A program made the translations under genes and the position numbers. Below the pieces are notes generated by a model, which saw only the letters and a program-made list of their open reading frames with translations, was not told the origin of the DNA and searched no databases. A stretch of DNA of 47,547 nt from Candidatus Micrarchaeaceae archaeon (GTDB lineage: Archaea > Micrarchaeota > Micrarchaeia > Micrarchaeales > Micrarchaeaceae): contig DAIDAQ010000007.1 in the NCBI GenBank assembly GCA_027310535.1, positions 1 to 47,547 of the forward strand. Reading direction: 5' to 3'. Position 1 is the first letter of the stretch, and each line of letters begins with the position of its first letter. This document shows, piece by piece, positions 28,086 through 36,700 of the stretch.

Positions 28086-28540
28086 CAGATGGCAATTTCT
28101 GCGAAGTCCTTCTTCAGCCTGCGCAATGCAGAACTGAACGCCGCACTGCATGAGTTCCTGATCACAATGCCAGCTCGCGTGCAGCGTTCCAGCAGAAGCG
28201 AGCACTCGCCGCCTTGCCTTTTCACAGTGACGGCCACGCCCAGCTCGCGGGTCAGCCTTGCGCTCCTCCACTGCAGCGTCCTGAAGTCCGGCAGCTTGGT
28301 GTAGCCGGAGTCAGCGAACATACTGCAGGTCTCCCTGTAACCCTTGCCTGTCATTTCCTTGACGCCCATCATCGCGAGGATCAGGCATGTTGAATGGTTG
28401 ATCGGTCTGCCCCTGCTCTTTGGCTTCATGGAACTCTCGGCTGCACGCATCAGCTTCCCCGAGACAAAAACGCGGATTTGCTGGTCCTGCATGTATATGC
28501 CAATGGGAATTTACTATCCACAATTATTGGACGGGCTGCC
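28085..28540 (-). mobile_element. IS5-like remnant: putative left end and transposase N-terminal fragment (28085-28492)
   Basis: RGRPINHS..LIL....KE.TG.GYRE...LPDFRTLQWR resembles a transposase N-terminal HTH region; no DDE core; candidate end GGCAGCCCGTCCAATAATT. Confidence 0.55.
28521..28539. repeat. 19-bp direct repeat copy 1 (CAATTATTGGACGGGCTGC)
   Basis: Identical to 30675-30693. Confidence 0.85.
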
Positions 28541-28578
28541 TATATATAGTGAATGCAGGCATCTTGTACTGTGATTAG

Positions 28579-28857
28579 ATGAAAGATGGATGGACCATGT
28601 TTGCAGTCCTACTCTCCGTGGCTGCGTTGACTTCCGTCGTGACGCTGGCTCTTGCCGGCACGTTCGGCAATGGGGGATACGCAGGAGGGTACGGGGGCAT
28701 GATGAGCAGCTATGGGTACATGGGGTACGGGGGCATGATGGGCTACGGCGGCCAGGCTGCTCAGGTGGCTGGGAATTCCACGTACTACAGTGGAATGTTG
28801 GCATACTGCGGCCGCATGATGAGCGCACTCGCAGGAACATACAACTTGAGCCAGTAA
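28579..28857 (+). CDS. Small Gly/Met/Tyr-rich membrane-anchored protein
   Basis: N-terminal TM then GGYGGMMSSYGYMGYGGMMGYGG, C-terminal C.RMM; TATA-like TATATATA at 28541. Confidence 0.7.
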   Translation: MKDGWTMFAVLLSVAALTSVVTLALAGTFGNGGYAGGYGGMMSSYGYMGYGGMMGYGGQAAQVAGNSTYYSGMLAYCGRMMSALAGTYNLSQ

Positions 28858-29086
28858 GGAGGACTGGAAATCCTTGCATGAATGATTGTTGATGACGGGT
28901 GGATGGTGGGTGACAACCAGGCAATAGCCGCCGTCAATCTTGTCGCCGCTCCGGTCGTAATGGCCTTTGTCACCTTTGCATCTGGGCAGTACAACCCGAA
29001 CGCTCAGCAGTTCCACGCCATCATGCAGCGTGGTCTTGCCGGCACCGGACAAAGTAATTTATAATAGTAATAAAAAAGGTAGCAAT

Positions 29087-29242
29087 ATGAAGGCCTCAAG
29101 GGCGATATGCATGGTATGCGACATGTTCGTAAGCCAAAAGACGCATTTCAAGGCAAGGTTCAAGAGTAAGACCTATTACTTCTGCTGCGACGAGTGCAAG
29201 CATGCGTTTACCAGCAACCCTTACAGGTACACCATAAGTTGA
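29087..29242 (+). CDS. YHS/TRASH metal-binding domain protein
   Basis: CMVCDM.V...KTYYFCCDECKHAF..NP.RY; start moved to ATG 29087. Confidence 0.85.
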   Translation: MKASRAICMVCDMFVSQKTHFKARFKSKTYYFCCDECKHAFTSNPYRYTIS

Positions 29243-29246
29243 TAAC

Positions 29247-29507
29247 ATGAAAGGCAATGAGTTTTCAAGGATAAGCCCGAAAGCCGCGGCGATAACAGGG
29301 GCAGCAATAGGGTTCCTGGCTTCGCTGACCATGGTTGTGTGGTACGGCATGATGGGCTTTTGGACAGGATACGGAGCAATGGGCTACACGATGGGCTTTG
29401 CGCCCTTGCTGGTCGCGCTGTTTGCCATTATAGTTGCAGTCCTGTTCGGTGCTGCCGCTGGCGGCCTGCTTGCCCTCATATACAACTGGGCGCTGATACT
29501 CAAATAG
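29247..29507 (+). CDS. Small two-TM membrane protein with Met/Gly loop
   Basis: Two hydrophobic segments flanking YGMMGFWTGYGAMG; ends ALIYNW; 4-bp spacing from the upstream gene. Confidence 0.7.
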   Translation: MKGNEFSRISPKAAAITGAAIGFLASLTMVVWYGMMGFWTGYGAMGYTMGFAPLLVALFAIIVAVLFGAAAGGLLALIYNWALILK

Positions 29508-29515
29508 GTGTTTTG

Positions 29516-29653
29516 ATGAACGACCCAGTATGCAAGATGCCAGTGAACGACAAGTCGGCATTCAGGAGCGAGTACAAAGGTAAGTCCTACCTCTTTTGCT
29601 CCAAGCAATGTAAGGAGAAGTTTGACAAGAGCCCCGAAGCCTACGCAAGGTGA
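29516..29653 (+). CDS. YHS/TRASH domain protein (CopM-like chaperone)
   Basis: MNDPVCKM.V...SEYKGKSYLFCSKQCKEKF..SPE.Y; GGTG SD; start moved to 29516. Confidence 0.9.
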   Translation: MNDPVCKMPVNDKSAFRSEYKGKSYLFCSKQCKEKFDKSPEAYAR

Positions 29654-29659
29654 CGGAAG

Positions 29660-29968
29660 GTGTGGATTTATCAACGTAAGGTGTGCAAGCTGTTCGGCAT
29701 GGGCTGCGAGCTCGCCAGGCAGGGCGCCGCCGCAGCGGTGGAAAAAAGCAGGAAGGCAGTCGGCGAGATAAAGCAGAGATTATTTTGTGCATTTGCATAC
29801 AGCGTTGTACCTGTCCCTGCGGCAGCCTGTACGTCCAGTATGCTTGCTGGCATGCCTCCTGATCCTATTTATTCCGCTGTGGCCATGATGGTCAACCAGC
29901 CCGGAGGTGCGCTGGACTTCTGTGCTGCCTGGAAGATGCAAGCCAGTGCCTGCGGCAAGCATAGTTGA
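29660..29968 (+). pseudogene. copA: C-terminal remnant of CopA-type P1B ATPase
   Basis: AVEKSRKAVGEIKQRLFCAFAYSVVPVPAAA...DPIYSAVAMM aligns by eye to the CopA C-terminal SR.T...IKQNLFWAF.YN...P.AA...P..AA.AM; all upstream domains deleted. Confidence 0.65.
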
Positions 29969-29989
29969 CCTGGGAACAAAGTGGTACTA

Positions 29990-30430
29990 ATGCCAAGCAA
30001 GAGAGCAAGGGAAAAAAAGAAGGGAGGGATCGTAGGCGCATTCGGTGGCATATCCGGCGCCGGCAGCGTGATATCCGCGCACAACATCTGCCATTCCGTG
30101 TGCCTGTTGGTGGTTGCGGTTCTATCTCTCTTTGGGGTGCTCGTTTCAAGCAGTGCGCTGATGTTCCTCGAGAACTATAACTTCTTGTTCTGGAGCATTG
30201 GGCTCGTCTTTTTGGCGGTTGCCATCTCCCTCTATGCAAGCAGGCCGCACTGCACATCAAAGAAGCTCATAATGGCTAATTCAGGGCTCCTTTTGGTGGG
30301 GATCCCGTCCCAGCTTGTCGGTTATTACAATCCGCTGTTCTGGATAGCTGGCGGGTTGTTGCTTACCGGCAGCATCGCATGGTACATTAAAGGCAGATTA
30401 GGTGTTAGAGATGTCAAGAAGAAAAAATGA
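29990..30430 (+). CDS. Four-TM membrane protein with HNICHSVC motif (MerC/MerT-like candidate)
   Basis: Hydrophobic helices, His/Cys cluster at start of first TM region; located in metal cluster. Confidence 0.65.
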   Translation: MPSKRAREKKKGGIVGAFGGISGAGSVISAHNICHSVCLLVVAVLSLFGVLVSSSALMFLENYNFLFWSIGLVFLAVAISLYASRPHCTSKKLIMANSGLLLVGIPSQLVGYYNPLFWIAGGLLLTGSIAWYIKGRLGVRDVKKKK

Positions 30431-30668
30431 GAGAAAACTTGCACTGTACCTGCTTCTCGCGGGTATTCTGGCGGTAGCCGCAGTTGCGGCCTACTATTGG
30501 TATGCATCCCGCTTCGGCAGCGCCTACGCGGCGGCCATCGCATCGCAGAATGCGAGCAACGTATGTACACCACCGCAAGGTTATACGCAGGAGCAGTGGC
30601 AGCAGCACATAAGCCACCACCCAGATCAGTATGCGAAGTGCTTCAACCAATCCAACCAAACCACGTAG
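30411..30668 (+). CDS. Small membrane-anchored Cys/His protein
   Basis: TM followed by CTPPQGYTQEQWQQHISHHPDQYAKC; GGTG SD. Confidence 0.65.
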   Translation: MSRRKNERKLALYLLLAGILAVAAVAAYYWYASRFGSAYAAAIASQNASNVCTPPQGYTQEQWQQHISHHPDQYAKCFNQSNQTT

Positions 30669-30674
30669 CAATGG

Positions 30675-30693
30675 CAATTATTGGACGGGCTGC
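30675..30693. repeat. 19-bp direct repeat copy 2 (CAATTATTGGACGGGCTGC)
   Basis: Identical to 28521-28539. Confidence 0.85.
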
Positions 30694-30734
30694 ATATAAT
30701 ATCTGTGTCTACGCATACTGTTGCAGTTGATTGC

Positions 30735-30884
30735 ATGGTAAAGATATTGGAGAGGATTCTCAAGAGGAAGGACAAGGGGCAGGCAGCCACCTCCGAAGCC
30801 CAGCGGGATGATGGGCACTGTGGCAGCCATAAAGGCGCTGATAAGAAGCAGGCGGCCGGCAAGCACGGCAGCGGATGCTGTTGA
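30735..30884 (+). CDS. Small (49 aa) putative metal-binding peptide ending in GCC
   Basis: MVKILERILKRK...GHCGSH...KHGSGCC*; TATAAT upstream. Confidence 0.55.
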   Translation: MVKILERILKRKDKGQAATSEAQRDDGHCGSHKGADKKQAAGKHGSGCC

Positions 30885-31040
30885 TGACGTGGCGGAGCCC
30901 AGGCAGGTAATTCCGGCAGATAATAAGGTCGAGCGCCGCCAAGGCGCGGCCGTTTCCTTAATACTGCAAGACTATTATAGCTAGATGGTTAGATACCCTA
31001 ATACAGTGTATCTGCGAGCGCAGGCCCTGAAGGTTAAAGC

Positions 31041-31892
31041 ATGCACACTTTGGAACTGGAAAACGTCGACTCGGGCTACGGTGGCAAGGCCGTCCTCCAT
31101 AACATCAGCTTCAAGGCAGGGGAGCCGTCGGTGTATGTGGTGCTCGGGCCGAACGGCGCCGGCAAGACCACGCTGTTCAGGACCATTGCTGGCATACTTG
31201 AGCCGATGGGTGGGAGGGTCCTGCTAGACGGCAGAGAGCTGCAGTCGTCGGGGGAGCTCAAGGGCAGCATAAACTACCTATCGCACTACAACGCGCTACC
31301 GGAGGAGATGACAGCATACAATGCTCTGAAGTTCTACTCGAAGATGGAAGGGGGCGACCCGGACAAGGTAATTGGCATGCTGGGTCTAGAAAACATCAGG
31401 GACAAGAGGATATCTGACCTATCTCAGGGGCAGAAGAAGAGAGTCTCCATCGCAAAGGTGTTCCTCAAGGAGCGCGACCTTTATCTGCTTGACGAGCCCA
31501 CTGCCAGCCTCGACCCAGGCCTGTCGAAGGAGATACGGGACATAATCCTCAGGCTGAGCAAGGACAAGCTCGTTCTCTACTCATCGCACAACCTCTACGA
31601 GGCGACTGACATCGGCATGAACCTCATATTGGTAAAGGAAGGCAGGCTTGCTATGTTCAGCAAGATAGCCAACGTGCGGTCAAAGAGCTACAGGGTGGGC
31701 ATAAGGGCGTCAAAGGACATAACGAAGGTCGTCGCCGCAGAGAAAGACAAGAGCGGTTACTACGTGCTTACGGTATCTAGGCCGGAGGAGGCAGGCAGGG
31801 CCCTCAAGAAGATAGTAGAGAGCGGAATCCTGGTGACTGAGATGCGCGAGCTAGACAATCCGTTGCAGGGGCTGTTCGGTAAGGAGCGGTGA
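31041..31892 (+). CDS. ABC exporter ATP-binding protein
   Basis: GPNGAGKTT, LSQGQKKRV, LLDEPT, SSH. Confidence 0.93.
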   Translation: MHTLELENVDSGYGGKAVLHNISFKAGEPSVYVVLGPNGAGKTTLFRTIAGILEPMGGRVLLDGRELQSSGELKGSINYLSHYNALPEEMTAYNALKFYSKMEGGDPDKVIGMLGLENIRDKRISDLSQGQKKRVSIAKVFLKERDLYLLDEPTASLDPGLSKEIRDIILRLSKDKLVLYSSHNLYEATDIGMNLILVKEGRLAMFSKIANVRSKSYRVGIRASKDITKVVAAEKDKSGYYVLTVSRPEEAGRALKKIVESGILVTEMRELDNPLQGLFGKER

Positions 31893-32692
31893 TTGGCAAG
31901 ATGCACGGCAAGAAACAAGGATTCGCAAGCAGGCCGAGCATTGTAACGGCTGGGAGGGCGATGGGCATCAGTAAGACGTATACCGCAATGGCGGTGTTCT
32001 TCATCATACTCGCGATTGTGGCATGGAACCCCGCTTACTACACGAAGGCTGCAGGGGCCAACAGCACTGCGTCAAATTCCACGCTTGTGGGCAATGCCAT
32101 ATCAAAGGTTGTGGCTTCTGGCAATGGCGCAGGAGCGCCAGGAGGGATTGCCTTCCTTGCGGTCCCGCTGGACATCACCCCTGGCATAATTGTGTCCATG
32201 GCCGTGCTGATACTCTTCGTTTACGACAAGAACGCGGGGGTCCTTGAGTATATGCTCTCGCTTGGAATGTCCCCCCGCGACATATACATGAGATACCTGA
32301 AGGCCGCGCTGCTTCTGGCCTCCCCGGTGATGCTGGTATTTGCTGCCGGCGATCTCCTTTACATAAGCGTGCTCTTCGGTGCAGGGACTGCAGCTACACT
32401 GCTTCCCGTGCAGTTGATAACCCTGCCGCTGTCCCTGGCTGTGGTTGCGTTCACGGTCATGGCGATGATGGCGTTTAGCTCCCTACAGAAGACGAGGGCT
32501 GGCAGCAACCAGCCGGTCGCGCTGATCGTGGGGTATGCGACTACCATACCAGCATACCTTTCTGCCATCTTCCTGCCGTTCACAAAGGCGATGTATGCCG
32601 ATGCCGCACTGGTTGCCGCGCTGGCCGTCGTGTCGCTCGCCTTCCTAAGATATTCAGGGAAGCTTATAAAGCGCGAAAAGTTGCTCCCGTGA
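31889..32692 (+). CDS. ABC-2-type permease
   Basis: About 6 TM, DKNAGVLEYMLSLG; GTGA overlap with the ATPase; true start may be ~31962. Confidence 0.8.
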   Translation: MIGKMHGKKQGFASRPSIVTAGRAMGISKTYTAMAVFFIILAIVAWNPAYYTKAAGANSTASNSTLVGNAISKVVASGNGAGAPGGIAFLAVPLDITPGIIVSMAVLILFVYDKNAGVLEYMLSLGMSPRDIYMRYLKAALLLASPVMLVFAAGDLLYISVLFGAGTAATLLPVQLITLPLSLAVVAFTVMAMMAFSSLQKTRAGSNQPVALIVGYATTIPAYLSAIFLPFTKAMYADAALVAALAVVSLAFLRYSGKLIKREKLLP

Positions 32693-32752
32693 GCATTGGG
32701 CCCGCCCAGGCAAGGCTATTATACTATTGGTCCGATGTTCCATTGTGATAGC

Positions 32753-33004
32753 TTGCCGATATACGAAGACCCGAAGGACGTGAAACCAAAGAGCCTGGAC
32801 CTGGAGAGGGCGAGGCAGTCGTTGATCGAGGAGCTGCAGGCGATAGACTGGTACCAGGAGAGGATAGACGCGACGAAGAGTGCATCTCTGAAGAGAATAC
32901 TCGAGCACAACCGTGACGAGGAGAAGGAGCACGCCGCGATGCTTCTGGAATGGGTCAAGGCAAACGATCCCGTGCAGGCAAAGAAGTTCGTCGAGCACGA
33001 CTGA
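32753..33004 (+). CDS. Encapsulin-associated-type ferritin-like protein (EncFtn/Flp family)
   Basis: RARQSLIEELQAIDWYQERIDA...ILEHNRDEEKEHAAMLLEW; TTG start inferred. Confidence 0.85.
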   Translation: MPIYEDPKDVKPKSLDLERARQSLIEELQAIDWYQERIDATKSASLKRILEHNRDEEKEHAAMLLEWVKANDPVQAKKFVEHD

Positions 33005-33069
33005 TTGCAGTTAATGGAGGCTGTTCCGGCCCCGGCTCGCGGGGTCGAGGTACAATTGTACAGGAGAGC

Positions 33070-33624
33070 CTAAAGGATGAATACCGCGGCAGCTACTGCA
33101 CACGTCCACATTCCGTCCTTGCCCACTACGGCAGATTGGGTTACATCTGACGTCTTCACTATCTTGTTGCTCATCTTGAAGACCTGCTCCTTCTCGTCCC
33201 ATTCAGAGTTTGCGTCAAACTCTATTCCCAGAGTAGACGCGAGCATTGTTGCTGCAAGGTCCTCAGCCTTCCCGCCTGCTATCTGGTCGTTTTCACCGTG
33301 TGCTTCATATTCACTGAGGTAGCCGTACTGCTGTGCGTCTTTTGGCAATGCTACACCGATGCTCGCCGCCATAAGCCTGTTCGGCTCGTTAGATTCTATC
33401 CTGCTTAGCACCAAAAACGTCACGCCGCCGGGTTTTAGCTCCTGCAGCCCGGCCTCTTTTGTCACCACGCTGACGTTCGGAGGGACGATGCTCGAAACCC
33501 TGACTAGGTTGAACTTCTCTATCCCAGCATCGCGCAGCGCAGCCTCGAATGCAGCAAGCTTTGCCTTTGCTTTTCCTACCCCTTTTGTGAAGAACATCTT
33601 TTTGGGTACTAAGTTTCCTTCCAT
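33070..33624 (-). CDS. pdaD: Pyruvoyl-dependent arginine decarboxylase
   Basis: FEAALRDAGI..FNLVRVSSIVPP (Ser-Ser autocleavage site), GYLSEY, ATMLASTLG. Confidence 0.92.
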   Translation of the reverse strand: MEGNLVPKKMFFTKGVGKAKAKLAAFEAALRDAGIEKFNLVRVSSIVPPNVSVVTKEAGLQELKPGGVTFLVLSRIESNEPNRLMAASIGVALPKDAQQYGYLSEYEAHGENDQIAGGKAEDLAATMLASTLGIEFDANSEWDEKEQVFKMSNKIVKTSDVTQSAVVGKDGMWTCAVAAAVFIL

Positions 33625-33711
33625 CTTGATTTCTTCCCTGCCGTTGTTGATTAGCAGAGCATATTTGATTGAAATCCTTATAAAACTTTACATCAAAGCT
33701 TCAGTGATGCA

Positions 33712-36700
33712 ATGAAGCAGATTAACGCCGGTGCCTTGGTTGTTGCAACTTTGCTCCTGACAATAATGCTAGGTGCAACTGCTTCGCAATCGCCCCCAAT
33801 CTTGGACAAGAGCGGCAGCGGCCTGAACAGCAACGGCAATTCTGCGCGGGCTACAGCGTGCGTTTCTGTCAACCTGTCGTTCCTCAAAAATATCCCAGGC
33901 TGGGTGACAAGCCTCATCAAGGGCCTGTCGCTAGACCCAAGCGCGTTATTCAAAAAGCTTAGTGATGAGGTAAGCAAGCTGACATCTGATGTATGGGGCG
34001 ACATTACTAAGGTGGCAAATAAGATAGCCAGCGGCGCAGCTGATGTCATAAAAGTAATAAATGATCTGATAAGCGGCAACATCTCGGACGAAATGAGCAC
34101 GATCATCGATGACTTGGTGGGCTATCTCTCTGATGCAGTGCAAGCGGCATTCAGCAAGCTTATCTCGAGCCTCCCTGGCTTGCTCAACAAACTTGCAGAC
34201 AGCATTTTCTCTCTGATTGACAATGCCATCCAGAGCATGGCAAATCTCGTCAATGAATTGTCGGTGCCTTCTATCCCATCTTCGCTCTTTTCAAGCATAC
34301 AGAGCTCGTTCCTCAGCGCTCTGCAAGACCTTGGCAGTTTCTTCGATACAATAATCAGTGATATCTCAAGCTTCATATCCAACATCGACATCAGCATACC
34401 GGGCCTGTTCGGCTCGTCAAACACGGTCGCTGCCTCGTCCAACGGCATCGCAGTGGCTGCCAATTTGATCCTTGATGGGATAAAGAAATCATGCAAGACA
34501 ATCCCGCCTGCCATATTCAACCAGTTCATAAAGGACACAAATAACCTTGCAAATGATGGCAGCGCAACTTACAGATACGCGAACGACATAGTCGTCAGAA
34601 TCTCTAATATAAGGAAAGACTCTGCCGCAATAGTAAATATGGTGGACAATGTCGGGAACGTGATAGGGCCTGGTAATGTCATAGGGGAAGAGACACTCGG
34701 CATAAGCAAGTCAGGCTTCAACGAGAATGCCTATGTGGGTTACGCCAACAAGGGCAGCGGAATACTCAATGGTATATATCTTTCAGCAAAGCAGTCGCAG
34801 ACCGGCAGTCTCTGCGTGGGGTTAGGCATAACCTCAAGCTACATTGATGCTATCGCGGCCAAAGTCAACGACATAAACGCGCAGGTAGGCGCGATAGATG
34901 CGGACGTGCAGGCGCTTATCGGCGCCAATGGCATGGGGTATAAGTTCGATGCAGACATTCAGGCATATTCAAAGGACCTCGCGCTAGCCCCGATAAAAAG
35001 CTGCGCTGTGATAAAAAACCCCACGGCGGACTTGGTGGCGGCCGTCGCCGCGGTAACATATCTAGGCACCAGGGAGCCGCAGGTAAAGGATGCGCTCAAT
35101 TCCATGGGTAAATTTAACGACAAGCTTAAAGCTGACTACAATAAAATGTCCAAGGACATCTCTAAGGTAACCAAGATAGCGGCAAACCCGCTCTCCCTCG
35201 TCAAACAGCTAAATAACCTCAACCCTCTCGGCGGTGTAACTGTCAACCCACAGGACATAAACGCGATAAAATCAGGATACGAGCTGGCAATGAGGCCCAC
35301 GAACGACCTGATTAACATAGCACTTGGCAATCTGACAAAGGTAGACAACATAATGGCAAACGTGGTCAAATTTAACGGCCGCGTGCAGGCCGCCTCCGCC
35401 AACGTGATCAAGGTGCTTGGCAAGATAGACAAGAATGTGATTTCGGAGATAGGTTCAACCGCGTCGCCGACCTTCTGCAGCGCCGTCTCCAATGCAGCGG
35501 ACAAGGGGGAGGCTTACTGCAATGCGATCCGCAGCGCCGCCTATATCACCGGAAACATAGATACTGAACTGGCTTTCATAACGCAGAATGTTGCCGATAT
35601 ACCAAATTCCGTAGCCATGTTGAGGTACAGCGTCTACGCCCTCCAGGGGAGCCTCTTGTCGACCCGCGCAAACATAATAAGGGTGGATTCAGACCTTAGT
35701 AATATAGCCTCTGTGCTGAGCCAGAACGGCGGGAAGCTAACGTGCAGTGTCCAGGCAAAGATAGGGGGTAACCTGGCTGACATTGGCACAGGCCTGCAGA
35801 GCGTGGTGCAGGATGCGGAGAATGTGTATACTGCGACAGAGGGCACGATTGCCCTGATAGAGCTGTCAGCTGAGAGCATAAAGACCGACATCGTCATGAT
35901 AATAGAGACGATCAAAATCATAATAGCCGACATTAAGGCAATAGCCCTTGTATTCTACTACGCCTCGCAGGGCGTCGGGTCTTCTGCAACCCCTCTGCCG
36001 AAGTTCGGCGCCTGCATTGGCGTGGGTGCAACCGTGGTCACTACGAACTATCCGAATGCGGGCAACGGGTGTGTAATAAGCCTATCGGCAGTTTACGATG
36101 CCCAGACAAACCAGGTTGCGATACAGGCCGACCTGATCGTGGTCCTCCAAAGACTCTTTGATCCAAGCCAGATATCCTCGCAGCTAAAGACAAACGTACA
36201 GGACGCAGTTGCAGCGGATCTTACAAGCGCGATAAAGGTGCAGGCAACAGTAGACATCGGCAAAAACGTGCAGGTGGGTGTTGGCGCAGCGCTGCAGGGC
36301 GCCTTCACCGAGAGCGCATGGAGCGGCATGTGGAGCAACATCTATTCTGCGTCGAAGGCCGGGGTAAACTCTGCCTTAAACGCAGGGATAAACCAGCAGA
36401 CGTGGACTGCCTATGCGAGCGGCACTGACACAGGGGCGGAAGCGATAGTACAGGGTGCAATACTCTCAGCTATCCAGGCTGGCGTGCAAGCAAGCATCGA
36501 CGCACAGGTAAGCGGCTCTTTAAGCGGCGGCATAGTAGCAGGGATCAAAAGCCAGATAGCCCCGGGAATACAGAACGCATACAGCACCGGAGAGTCAGCG
36601 AGCATAAAAGAGAGTGTCAAGGCAGGCATTTGGGGGGCAATACAAGAGGACGTGAAGGCCGCAGTAAAAAGCGCCCTGGACTCAGGGTTCGGCACGCAGG

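Noticed and set aside
28882..29064. 18-bp inverted match (29026-29043 vs 31158-31175, GCCGGCAAGACCACGCTG, encoding AGKTTL) and ORFs 28882-29064 (+) / 28609-29052 (-)
   Set aside because: Could be a Walker-A scrap or chance; similarity does not extend and neither ORF has a convincing domain, so no feature was called
33026..33047. GC-rich hairpin between the ferritin-like gene and pdaD as a terminator
   Set aside because: Short stem with a G-T pair and no U-tract; archaeal termination does not generally need hairpins
27236..33700. attR copy of the tRNA-Ala 3' end delimiting the island
   Set aside because: No repeat of GGTTCAAATCCCGCCAAGTCCA seen by eye; the right boundary of the island cannot be fixed
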